From positions 868,001 to 932,000 of the forward strand of contig VJWM01000068.1 of assembly GCA_010909165.1 (NCBI GenBank): a DNA stretch of 64,000 bases, read 5' to 3'. Of the stretch, positions 17,291 through 30,060 are shown piece after piece; positions within the stretch are counted from its first letter, which is position 1, and each line of letters opens with the position of its first letter. The notes under the pieces are model-generated. The model had not been told where the DNA came from. It searched no databases and saw nothing but the letters and a program-made list of their open reading frames with translations. This DNA comes from Anthoceros angustus (taxonomy: Eukaryota > Plantae > Anthocerotophyta). The position numbers and the translations under genes were made by a program.

Positions 17291-17981
17291 GTGGCGGGTT
17301 CGCTGACCCGGGTCGGGCTGACCCGGGTTAGGGTAACCTGTCTTGCTGGTTACGCCTGCGGCCTCGGCCGGAAGCTTGGAGCGCAAGGGTTGCGGGGGAG
17401 TGCGCGGCAGTGGAGCTTTGAATATGTTGAAGGTTTGAATGTACGCTCTCCGGTGGAGGCTACGGGACAAACGGCTGATGATCAGCGCTGTCTGAGGGAG
17501 TTGGCGCCTTCGTACTGTTCCGTGCCTATTCAGCGGCCGGGCTCGGCCGGCCTGCTGGTTTCTTTGTCGCGCAGATGATGCGGGTTCTGGACTTCTGGTG
17601 CTGGCGGAGTCCTGTCTGTCGCGCGCTTCAAGCTTGTTGCGTAAGTCCCTGGCGGCAGGTGCAGGTGGTGGTGAAGAGACCGAGTCTGCGAGTATGGTAA
17701 ATTATGCGTGCATGTACATCGTGGTGTAAGTACGTACAGTGGTTGTGCGGGATTCATTGCTTGCTTGATTATCCAAAGGCGGGAGGTGGCGCAAGTTCCG
17801 GTGAGCACGCCCGGGCGGGTGCGCAGAAGCTGCGCCCTCGTGCCAGGGCTGCTTGCTGCGGTTTCGCTGCCCCTGCAGCGCGTTACCCGAGGTGCTTTAC
17901 TTTTCTGTTTTGTTATGCCTGCGTGAGCCATACAGGACGCATCAAGGAGGAGAGAGCTGTGAGCTGATTATTCGATCGCGA

Positions 17982-18008
17982 GTGTGTGTGTGTGTTTGTG
18001 TGTGTCTG
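17982..18008. repeat. Imperfect (TG)n microsatellite
   Basis: gtgtgtgtgtgtgtttgtgtgtgtctgtg. Confidence 0.8.
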
Positions 18009-19746
18009 TGAGCGTAATCGCTGAGGTCCGTCCTGTCTGGTTGACCGGTGTTTTCTGGTTTGCCGGCAGTAAAGGTGACGTATGTAGTGGCAGTCGTGGG
18101 AAGGGGTGTCTGGTTATCTCATAATGTGGATCATTAGGCCATGGTTTGCTTGCTGTTCATTGTACAGCATCAAGGCGTCTTCCTAGTTGTTTTCCTAGGT
18201 GCGTCTGGACAAGGTGCACAATGCACATGCAGGGAATTTTGTTTGGTAGCGGGCCCATACGCATATGAGCCAAACAGGGGAGGGAACTTACATAGCACCG
18301 ACGCCGTCGTTATGTGATCATTTTACGGCTTGGAGGCTCCAGGGCCGGTTTCCTTGTCAAACCGCAACCGTTACGACGCACAGGACTGCTGCCAGCAACT
18401 GCGTGTACGTCTCCAGTTGCGGAGTCCCGGACGCAGTTGCAACATCCGTCTGTTGCAGATAAGTTATAACCACGCTGTACGTATGAATACGTCCATGTCG
18501 TGGCGTTTAATCGCCACCTGTGGATCAACTCATGTACATATTACGTAGGTGGATAATACTATTACCTTGTCTCCGCCAGCCCTTGTAGGAACCCCTTTCA
18601 ACGAGTTTGTTCAGCTTGCCCTCGCCATTTGGAGGACTCTCTGCATAGTGGGATTTCCTATGGACTTACACATGTATGTACATGGGACCGTCACCCTACC
18701 TAGGTTTCTGGAACTCGGATATCTGCATGCGGGCTGCAGAGTTTGCAGTGGAAACTCGCCGGTTGCTGAAGGAACATGATTGCAGAGCAAAGTATTGAAG
18801 GCTGAAGTACTTCAACTTGAGCCCTCTGTTTGCGTGTACAAGTGTGTCACCAAACATACTCATCAGGATGCTCTGCTACAAGAACAGAAACATGGCGCCA
18901 TGTCAGTGGACGGATGGGCGTGGTTGAGGCAGAGCTCCAACTGTAGGCAGGATTGTCCCGGTTCAGCACTTGCACAGGGCATCAGTAGCTGAAGCTTGGC
19001 CGGTGACAATACGCCAATAGCCGACATTTCCACACTGTAGTCCCTCGCAGGCCCTGTCAGTCAGACTCGCACAAGATTGGATGCCCCATCCGCGCATAGC
19101 AATTTCTCACTCTTTTAGTCCCTACAGTGTATCCCTGTGTTTTTCGTAAAACCAAGGGAAGACAGCCGTGCAGTCGTGCACGATGTATCATTCTGTGACT
19201 CCCCTTCTAATCCTAACACCCATGTTCTATCACTGTATGAGACTTTTCTAGATGTAGGATTTTTTTGGAGTGCTGAAGCGAATTCCAGATACATTTGAGG
19301 ATGCCTTCGCTATGTTGTGAAGCGAGTGAGGAAGAACAGCACCATCAAACAGTTCATCTCATCATCAATATACAAATTAGATATCAGTACTGTATGAAAG
19401 AATCGAAGCTTCTGGAACAGGTGTTTTGAGGGAATCCTGTTGGGTCTTGTAGGCGTCGATCGCTACCTCAGCACCAGCTTCCACGGTGCTGCACCCAGCT
19501 TGAATAGAAGCTCAGCGTGGTTGCTTGGCATTGTTTATCCACAGTCTGGTTTGATTCGATGGACGGAACATCTAGGGTAGTGGCCCGATATTGCCACTGG
19601 TGAAGTACCACGAGTGGCGGCTTATTCAGTGTAAAAAATGACCACATACTGCCAAATTGTCCCCTTTGGCTTTGGTTGTCATGTAGGACCGTAGTGGAGA
19701 GAGTGGGGAGAAGCTTATCCGCTAAGTGTACAGAAGGTGCATGCAC

Positions 19747-22700
19747 CTAGGACTCACTAGCAGAGCTTTGGCCCAAGGCTCCTGGAGATGACGCCCAGGC
19801 CAGAGACCAGGATCCTTCTGCCTGCGGACTAGCATTGCCCAATTGCACACCAGTCACTGCGGAGGCTGCTGCTGCAGCCGATGCAATGTCGCTGGTCAGG
19901 GCGTTGATGCTGAGAGCACCGTCAGGCCCCTGCACGGAACTGATCACTCCCTGCAGCTTCTTCAGAGATCTGCTTACTTTGTTGATCTTCCGAGAGGGCC
20001 ACCTCGGGATTCCATGCTGGCGACATATCCTTTTCAGAGTTGTCGGACATACTGCCAAACCACCAGTGCCAAAGTGTCAAAATCACTAGCCTAGCTAGCG
20101 TAGAGTAGTGCTACATACAGCATGTCCAGGTTAGCTACTACTGCTGTACGACAAATAGTGGGTACGCTGTGAAGGTTAAGTTGCTCACCGCCAATGCTCT
20201 TTGCGGCATCTTTGAGGCTACCAGCAAAGTACTGTTGAAGGACATTCAGGCCTACTGTTTTCTCAGTCGAGCCGCGTCTCCTGTCTACTCTTCTCTTCAA
20301 CGCAGTTTCGTGCAATGAAGGCGTTGGGAAATACCCAACAACTGAAGACGAGCCGGTCACATTACTCCCCACCAGGATATCCTGATGAAGGTGGTCTGAT
20401 CGCTGCATGAAGGGACGCGGCGGCTGGAATAGTAGTTGAGGTTGCTGCTGCTGCTGCTGCTGCTGCTGAAGCTGAAGCTGCTGCTGTTCAAGCTGCTGCT
20501 GTTCGAGATGCTGCTGCTGCTGCTGTTGAAGCTGCTGCTGCTGTCGAAGCTGCTGCTGCTGCTGTTGCAGCTGTTGATACTGTAGCGAATGAAGGTGCTG
20601 ATGATGTATCTGTCGCTGCTGACCTGCTGCGTCATGACGAGGGGGATGGAAAAGAGCAGGCTCACACAGCAAGTCTTGGTGCTGTTCAGACTTGACTGCA
20701 AACTGACTTGCTTGCTGCCCACAGTCATACCAATGCACGCCCTGCCCATCACTTTCCGCAACGTCCTCCTTCTTCACGGTCACGGTCATGTGACTATCCG
20801 CCTCATAGGACTCCTCTGTGACAGCCGGTGCCATATCCTCTTCCAGTTCCCCATCCGAGACGCTGCGCAGGCTCCTGCAGGCACGCTTCATGGTCACGTA
20901 CAGCGCATTCAACGTAGTCTCTTGCTCCGTGCTACCAGCTTCACTACTCGGGGGCAGGAAGAACTCGAGCACGAAGTCCTCCTTCCCGGAATGCTTGCTC
21001 CTTACCCGAATAGCCACCGCCGCCGTCAGCCCAAACATCCGTGCATAATGCCCCAGAGGGTACTCCCCCTTGGTATAACTGCTGACATCGCTGCAAAACA
21101 CAGGCTGGTTGGACGCGTAGGCCTGGCCAGCCACACCCTGTCCTCTTTCCAAGCAGTGCTCCTGGCAGGCCTGGTGGAAATCCCACAAATCCTCGTACCG
21201 AACACAACACGGCCCCTTCCTGCTCACCAAACAGCTCATAGGCTCCCCACACGACTCGACACTGGACCCGCAGCAGCTGCTCACACAGGTCCCGGAATCC
21301 CCCTTCCCCGCGTTCTTCATCCCGGTGCAAGGCAGCCACGTCTGTGCCAAAGGCAGCTTGTGGGTCTCGCAAACGGCAATCAACACTTGCTCTATCTCCG
21401 CCATGGCCGCCTGCCGCCCAGCATCCACCTCCACCTACACCAAACAACCCAACCAAATACCTCACTCGCCTCTTCCAAGCAATGCAGCAAACAAGCCTCA
21501 CTCACTCAACCGCCCACAACGCCCTTACATCTTCAACAACAGCGTCCCCCCCGTCCGTGCTCGCCAGCTCCACAGCCTACAAAACCGCACAAAGCCCACA
21601 AATTCTAGCGTCAGCCCAACATCACACAGCCAAGAAACCTTGCAATCGGAAGAGCTTCAGTTCCGCCAACCATCAAATCACACCGGCTCACCATCTCCCA
21701 TCACCCAACTCGTGATCGGATTTTGGCAAAGAGAGATCATCACAGAGCCAAGTCCTGCTGGCAGCATGAACGAACCTGCAGCGCTCGGGAAATGGCGCGC
21801 ATCTCCGGGCCGTAGTGCGCCTTCTGGACGGTGACGCAGAGCTCCACAACTGCAACGGAAGACCCGGTAGCGGGATCCAGCACGGGCACCGCCAGGGTCC
21901 CCCGCACGTTGCATTGCTGGGCGTCGGTGCCGCGCAGGAACTCGTGCCGCTTGTAGAACTGCACGTTGGGGGTCCACTCCGGCTTCCTCCTGGAGAAGAC
22001 CCGTCCCGGGAGGCCCAGGAAATCCCCGGCCTTCTCCCTGGCCGCGAACTGGTACCTGGTGGAATGCGCGCGGTAGCGCACAGCCCGGCCAGCTCCCCTG
22101 CCACTCCTGGTCCATCTCCAGCGAGAACGGCTGCCCGTTGGTGATGAGCAGCACCTTCCCGCCCACCTCCACGGGCATCCAGGCCTGCAGGAGCGCGTCC
22201 CGGCACGGCACCATGGCCAGCGCCCGCCCGATGCGCTCCTTGAAGCTGTAGTCCAGGGTGATCCAGAGGCCCCGCCGCTGCAGCCCAATCCCGGGCCCGG
22301 GCCCGGGCCCGGGCCCGTCCTCCGCCTGCGGCCCCCGCTCCTCGCTCTCCGCCAGCGACTCCAGCAAATCCTTCCCGCCCACCTCCAGCTGGGGCTGCCC
22401 CGGAGGAGATACAGCCGTGACCGTCGTGGCAGGCGATAGGACTTCCCCCCGGCCCGTGAAACCCAGGCTGGTGTCTCCATCCCTGGCCCTGTCCCTGTCC
22501 GTCACGCCCGAGGATTGCACCGCCTCCCACCCCTCCAGAGACCCAAAGAGCGGGTGGGACGTGAAGCGCGAGACGTGAGACGTCTCCGGCGCCGCCACCA
22601 GCGTGAGATCTCCCTCGTACTGTCGGCAAGCAGCGGGAGGCATGGAGGGCGGGAGAGGCGGCGCCGCCTCTGCCGCGCCACAGTAGCTCCCGGCCGGAGG

Positions 22701-22991
22701 TGATGCTGCTAACACTGTTGCTGCTGCTGCGGCGGCCGCTGTTGCCGCTGCCGCTGCCGCCGCTGCTGCGAATGGAGATGCGGAGGAGGAATTCATGGCG
22801 GAGTAGTTGAGAGAGGAAGACACTCCGAAGTCGGTAGGGGCCCAGCCTGCGAGAGCCGCCGGGTCGCAGAGGGACTCGAAATCCAGCATCTCCATAAGCA
22901 GGGAATCCTCCATCAGGAGGCGGGAGTCCATCCCGAGTCCTCCCGCGGCCATCCACGGCCCGACGTTGTTCACAGGCGAGCCTGCCGCCAT
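19747..22991 (-). CDS. NLP: NIN-like protein paralog A (GAF-like nitrate-responsive region + RWP-RK, no PB1); exons 22991-21776, 21576-21529, 21434-20189, 20051-19747; two apparent 1-nt deletions at ~22078 and ~22095-22098
   Basis: [67 protein letters not shown]|[26 protein letters not shown]. Stop ~75 codons after RWP-RK. Exon structure matches paralog B. Confidence 0.85.
20440..20580 (-). repeat. CAG-rich polyglutamine tract in NLP-A (between GAF and RWP-RK)
   Basis: (ctg)n runs encoding [46 protein letters not shown]. Confidence 0.9.
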
Positions 22992-25079
22992 GCTTCACCA
23001 GAACGCTCCCGAACGCAGCTCGCAGGTAGTACTAGAAGACGACGCAATCCCCGAACCGCAGCAGCAAGCGCCCATTGTGGTATGCGCCCACCAGCCTCCT
23101 CACGGCCATTGCCCCTGCACCAGACACGGCATCAGGAAAGGAAGCTCCATTTGCATTCGCATCCGCATTTGCGCTATGGGTTGTTCCAGGCAGGGATCTC
23201 TACGCTGGAACAAGGCTTGCCGAGGACTTCTTGTGCCCCAATCTCCCGAGTCGTGCACGGCAGGCAGACAAAGGCAGAGCTGCAGAGCAGGTGGGTAGAA
23301 GGGTCTCACCTCAGGGGGCAGCGATTTGATGGGCTGTTGCCGGTCCGTCGGCGCTGCCGTTCCCCTTCCCTTGCAGATGCGTTACGGGTTCCGGAGATGG
23401 GCGTGCAGTGCCGAAGGGGCAAGGGAGGCGAGGGGGAAGGAGTCCGGGGTGGCGGGAGATGCAGACAGAGCCAGAGGCTCGGGCAGCGGACAAGAGCAGG
23501 GAAGAAATGGGAGGGGAGGGGAGGGGAGGCGTGTAGCGTGAAGTTGTGAACAAGCGAGCGTCTCGGGCGGGCTTGTTATAAAATCGGGCAGCAGTCCAGG
23601 ACAGGACGACTGGCTACAGCGTGGATAGATAGCAAGCAAGCAAAGCAGCGTTTACACGGAGGGAGGCCAAATTTGTGGAGTCCACGTTCCGTTGGGTGGG
23701 GCCGGCACATATAAATTTAGGCGCGCTGGGGAAGAATCTGGTTGTAAATACCAGACATACAGACAAGCAGCTGCGCACAGGCACAGTGACAGACCACACC
23801 GCGACACAAATGGCCTTGTCAAGTTGCATGGGTGATTCTTTCTCACATGCTATCTCTTCCACCACTTCACGCTCATGCACCCATGGCCCATCTTGCTTGG
23901 AGCTTCCACAAGCAAGCTGCCCGCAAAATAACCCATCCGCCGATGCAATTTTGGCTGGGCCTCTCCAGGCTCCCAGCCGCTTTTCAGGTTGTTCCACAGA
24001 CGTGCCGAGATGCCTTTGCAGAATATGCTCCCTCTCCATTTCGGCTGCATTCCATGCTCCTGGTCCAAGGTTAAGGTTACCCGGATGCGGGCGTGTGCGC
24101 GCGCGGTCTCAGCATCGTCAACTTGGGTGCCCCGTGCCACTGCCGGACTGCCGGCATTGCTCCTATGTGTACACCATCGCGCTTGTGTTTACTGTGGTAT
24201 TGTGGGGAAGTGGGCCTGGAGGGCTGCCTGGCTCGCCTCTTTAATGAGAAACTATTTTCTTCGTGGCCAAAATAATACATTCAGGTGACGTGTCTCTCTG
24301 CTACATGTACACTCCTCCTCACAATTCAACACAACCCCGCTACCGGGGAGCTGCCCTACAGCCACTTGTACACTGCCCAGCAAGTGCGTGGAGGAAGGTG
24401 CCGCCACCCAGCGAGTGCGGTGGCGCTACAGACATGCCGTGCCTGATTCCATCAACTCCTCGCCTGGCTGCGTGCAGTGCGTTATATTCTTCAGCTGCAA
24501 ATCACAACACCGGCTTCGGTGAGTCCACGGCTCGGACAGGAATCACGACCCTAACAACCTCAGAACCAAGTTCTCCTTTTGCGTTTACAATATGCGGCAT
24601 ACCTCATGCATGAAGGCCGCCAAGTTTGAATCAAGTCGTGTGAATTGGTGGAGAGCATGGCTGTTTGATACCCGCACTTACTCTCTTGGATTGCCTTGCG
24701 CCCCGTCTAGGCCACTCCTCCAATAATGTTCGCCGTGGATTGCCAAGGCCCGAAAATCTCATCATGTGCAACAGTACCCTGGCTGAAAACATTACGACTT
24801 GGTAAGAGGGGTGACCACCCAAATATTCGTCCCCTTCTATATCATCGCATTTCTTGAATTGTAGCTTCCGCATACACTTACAGGCTCCTGCACTGTATCC
24901 CCAGCGGCAGTATATCCTGTAACTGAAAGGATAGCGGTTTCGGGCGAGGGTCAACGGACCATCACCTCTATGAATGGACACCTCCAGAGTGATACCGGAA
25001 GCAACCTTGGCAAAATACTCTCATCAACCAATACTGACAATACCAGCTCCATGCGGGATTTTTGGGGAGGGTGCCACCG

Positions 25080-28000
25080 TTATTGGTCACCATTGTCGGA
25101 GCAGCCTTCTATACATTTTGGCAAGTTACATTTCACCAGAAGCTTGATGCAGTGTCCGCCTGACATTTGCATCAGGTCTATGCACTCTTGCAAATCCGGA
25201 TCGGAGGACAGCAGCATCCACTCGGCATCGTCGTCCAGATACTTTAGCAGCATCTCCCCACCTGCGCATATCCTCTTTGAGACTTCGGCTCTCAGATTTT
25301 CGTAAGAAGTGTTCAAGGGCATTTTGAACCGGACAGTATCCGGTCCACACGTAGCCTTCACTATCACTTGATCGTCCTGCATGTACTTCTTTGTGGAATA
25401 CCCTTTCCTCTCCATGGACGAAGGGCTGCAGGGACTACCAGCCTCACTACGGCCTGGAAAGGTGGTGGTGGGTTGACTTCCCTCGTCTGAACTGTCGAGC
25501 GAGAATCCACAGGGTGAAATGTCTCCCGTCTTGTTCGTGCCGCAATCTTGCATGTAGCTTTCTTTATCAGCCCCACTTAATGCCACCAAGGCTGCTCCCC
25601 CCCCATGTACACGATTCTCGCCTGCTGTTCCCGTCCGCTGCCTACTGAGGGTCTCTCCACTATCAGCTGAGTTAGAGCCAGTTCTTATCACATCCCGGTC
25701 AACCTCGTTAAAGGGAGACAGACCCTCCGGTAATCCATTCACTCCGTTCGAGCCATCCCCTACGCTTCCACCTTCCGGCGTGCAACATTCCCTCTTCTCC
25801 ATAGAGTCAGCTCTCACTTCTGTTACTCGGGCATTCATGTCAACGTCGGGCACATCTCTTACAAAAGTCTGCCCCACCGGTTCAGGTGCTGAATTGCTCC
25901 AGGCAATGGTCCAATTCGCCCTGCCTGAAGACTCACCACCATTTCCTAATTGCACCCCTGCTACTGCGGAGGCAGCAGCGGCAGCAGATGCAAGATCACC
26001 TGTCAGGGCGTTGATGTTCAGAGCACCATCTGCCCCCTGAACAGAATTGATCACTCCTTGAAGTTTCTTCAGAGACCTGCTCACTTTGTTGATCTTTCGC
26101 GATGGCCACCTTGAGATTCCATGCTGTCGGCAAATTCTTTTCAATGTTGTCGGACAAACTGCAAAGAAACAGAGAGTTTGAGTTAGCGCGCCCTCATTGG
26201 ATGGCATCAATCCGGCAGAAGCAGACATTCAAATGTTAGGAGTCTAAATGCAAGGGTCTACAACACCTCTGGTTGCTCACCTCCTATGCTCTTTGCAGCG
26301 TCCTTGAGGCTACCGGCAAAGTATTGTTGAAGTACATTCAGGCCTATTGTCTTCTCCGTAGTGCCCCGCCTCCTGTCCAATCTTCTCTTAAGCACAGTCT
26401 CCTGAGATGGAGAAGGCAGCGGATAACCAGCCATTGACGAAGATGTCCCAGTGGCTGCCTTGAGCTCTTCTTGACGGCCTAGACTGGAAGTTGGACGTTG
26501 GGGATTCGTAGATGCAACGCTGTGAGCTTGCTGCAGAGGTTCCTGCGGCTCCACCTGTTGTAGAGGTGCGTGACGCAATGGTTGCTGCAGTCGTTGCTGA
26601 AGCTGATGATGAAGTGGAGTGCACTGGGGAGGATACCCAGGTAGCTGAGCATGACCAGGTTGCCGCTGCTCTCCCTGTTTGTGATCCACAACACCACTCC
26701 ACTGCTGCTGAGGCCCATCCACGTGATGACCAGGCGAAACCTGTGAATCAGACCAAGACACATGTTCATCACTGTGATTTTGTCCGCCACCAGCATGACT
26801 GTCAACCTCCAAAGAGTCATCATGGCGCCCTGCAGCTCTCTCATCATCCTCCACCTCCCGAGCGGAAACTGTACGCAAGCTTCGACAAACTCGCTGCATC
26901 GTAATGGAGAGCGCATTCAAAGTTGTCTGCTGCTCTACACTACCTTGGCAGTTGGGAGGCAGAAAGAACTCTAGCACGAAGTCATCATTACCAGTATGCA
27001 CACTCCTTAGCCGGATAGCCACAGCTGCAGTCAATCCGAACAAGCGGGCATAGTGCCCCAGAGGATACTCCATCTTGGTGTAAGCTCTTACATCACTTGC
27101 GAAGAAGGGCTGATTTGAAGAGTAGGCCTGACCAGGAACACCCTGCCCTCGTTCCAAGCAATGTTCTTCGCAAGCCTTGCGAAAATCCCATATCTTGGTA
27201 TCACTGGCATAATTACCCACATAACAGGGCCCATCTCCCGTTATCAGATATCTCAACTGATCTCCACTGGACTCCGAGCTATGGTTACTTGAACTACTAC
27301 TCGTGGGAGCAGTTGCAGATTCCCCATTCTTGCCACCACCCTTACTCAGGCGCGCGCGGGCACGATTACAGGGGACCCATGTCTGGGCCAGGGGAAGTTT
27401 GTGAGTCTCACACACAGCTACCAACACTTCCTCAATCTCCGCCAGGGCAGCTTGACGACCTTCTGAACGGATCTGGAGGCCAAAGGAAGAGAGGGATGAG
27501 TCGGCTATTCCAGAGCATAGCTCAAAACATCATCACACATGCTGACCGTCCACGATTACAAGGGCATTACCTCTCCGGGCACGGTGACACCGTCAGGGCT
27601 TGTAAGATTAACAGCCTGGACAAAGGATGGCAAGAGGGAGTTAGTGTCCTGGTGTAAATTCATATCACAGCCTCAAATGAAAAATCCACAGATTTCATCA
27701 TCACGTTCTCCAGAGCTGCGCATTCAACCGCGGTTCGTAAAAGCCGCAAACCTGCAGGGCATGGCAAATGTCTTTGATCTCCGGGATATACTGAACCTTG
27801 GAGGCTCTCATACAAAGCTCAATAACCGCAATACAAGAACCACTAGAGGGATCGAAGACGGGGACAGCGAGAGTCCCTCGCACGTCGCACTTCTCCGCTG
27901 CATTCACACGCCAGAACTCCTGCTTCTTGTAAAACTGTACATTAGGCGACCACTCAGGCGTCTGTTTCACGAACACCCGGCCAGGCAACCCTAGCTGGTC

Positions 28001-29131
28001 CTCGTTCAAGTCCCTCTCCGCACTGAAGCGGTACTGCATAGACACCGCCCGGTACTGACACAGCCCCGCCACATCGCTCTGCGAGTCGTGCTCCAGCGCG
28101 TACGGCTGGCCATTGGTGATGAGCTGTACCCTGTCGTTCACAATCTCCGGCATCCACACTTGCACCAGGACATCCCCCTTGCCCCGTGCAATCATCTGTA
28201 ACGCCTGCATCATCCGGTCCTTGAAAGAGAAGGACAAACAGGGAGTGATCCAAACGCTACTTTTCTTCTGCTGCAGACCGACCGGCGAAACCAGCTGCAT
28301 CTGCTGCTGCTGCTGCTGCTGTTGCTGCTTCACATCCTCCGGCCATCCCCCCGCGTCCCGCTCCTTCGGCGAGGCCAAGTAATCCAGCAAATCCTCCGGG
28401 GAAAACTGCCCCGGCGGAGACATCCCCGCCGCAGCCTGCGGCACCGGCAACACGGCCTCCACAGGCGCCTGCATACCAGCACCAGCCTGCGCGGCGGCAA
28501 GCGCGTAATCTACATCCGAAACCTGCCGCACCTGCTGCGACTGCTCCAAACCGAAGAGCGCCTGCGAGAGCCGCGCGTACTCGGACGCGGCACTGAATCC
28601 TCCAGGATTCAACGCATGCTGTTGTTGCTGCACTTGCTGTTGCACTTGTTGTTGCTGATGCAATTGCTGCTGTTGCTGCTGCTGCTGCAGCTCTCCTACT
28701 CCAGGCCCCGGCGGACTATACGACACAAAACCCGGCTGCTGCTGCTGCTGCTGCAGAGCCGCGGAGTACGGCGAGCCCGCGGGAGACAGGTTTTTCGGCG
28801 AGAAGGAGAAGTTGAGGAACGGCATCCCGAAGTCCCCCGGGGATCCGGCCATCCAGGCCTCGGAGCCTTGATCACACAGCGAGTCCAGCTCCATGAGCTC
28901 CATGAGCGGCGGGTCATCCACAAGAAAACGCGCATCCGGAGAACCCGACGCCAGCAACTTGGAGACGTCACCGTCCCATCCTCTTCCGCCATTCACCCCG
29001 GCCGAGGCCGGGCTCGCCCCGGCCGGGACCGGGCTCGCCCCGGCCATCCCCTCCGGCATGGACGCCTGCTGCAGCTGCAACTGCAGCTCCTGCGTGCTAA
29101 GGCGGGGCGACTTGGTCTCGGCTCCGTCCAT
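25080..29131 (-). CDS. NLP: NIN-like protein paralog B, full length (GAF-like + RWP-RK + PB1); exons 29131-27752, 27615-27571, 27472-26281, 26158-25080
   Basis: Same motifs as NLP-A plus PB1 ([15 protein letters not shown]...[23 protein letters not shown]); all introns GT-AG and frame-preserving; N-terminal polyQ tracts. Confidence 0.95.
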
Positions 29132-30060
29132 CACAGCTGGAAGCTTCCGTCACCGCCATGCTCCGCCGCGGTCCAGCTCCAGCTCCAGCTCCAGCTTCTC
29201 CACCACCAGATTCAGCATCCCAGTCCGAGCACCGGCGCCAGCGGCACACGCAAACGCAACGGCAGCGGCAGCGAAGGTGACGAGATGCCGGCGATTGGCC
29301 TCGGCGGAGACGATTTTTCTTTTACCGCGTAAGTCCCCAGCCCGCCGGGGAAGGGATGAACCGAAGCGGGCCAAGCGTCGGTTGGCTGTTCGCACTCCAG
29401 TTGAGAGCGACTTGGCTTAGTGCATATGTAATTACGGGCGGTGCGACGGCGTCCCAAATCGGGCCGCCAACTTGTCCGGGTATCGGGAATACAGTATTCA
29501 CCCAGGGGTAAAGCAAGAGAAAGGGATCTGTCGCCAGATTCTATTTTGTCACTATGCACGAAAAGTGGGGGGGACAACACGCGCAGGCGGGCGCAGTCCT
29601 GTGACAGAAATTTGGATGCCGCGACGCGTGCCCAGCCGACGTGGCCCTCCCCACCCGGTGGCGCCACGATCTCCTACAGATCAGCGCGCATTTTAGGCGA
29701 ATGCTGCTCCCGCTTTTCCACATGTATCATATCACACACCTCATCTCCATGAATAACGTTAGTTTTTATTAAGAAAACAAAAAGCGAGAGAGGTGAAAAA
29801 TAGAATAAGGGAGTATCAAGCTCCATGTCTAAAGTCACCTACGCCGCCTGCAATGTCATAACTAGGGAGATTGAACGGCCTAGATATTATTGACTAGTTG
29901 AGGATACACCTGCAGCTGTTGTACGTAAGACAGCCCTATGAGTCCCCTTTAAAGGGTAATGGACACCCCAAACAACACTTTGAAATAGGACAAGGTAGTC
30001 CTTCTCAATTCTCCTTGCATGGTATGCTTTGGCTTGTGACTAGATAAATTTATCAAAGTC

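Noticed and set aside
19300-19440. LYIDDEMNCL as a remnant PB1 exon of NLP-A
   Set aside because: Only YxDDE resembles PB1; no VKA/RF strand or DL.EC helix, and no convincing splice path.
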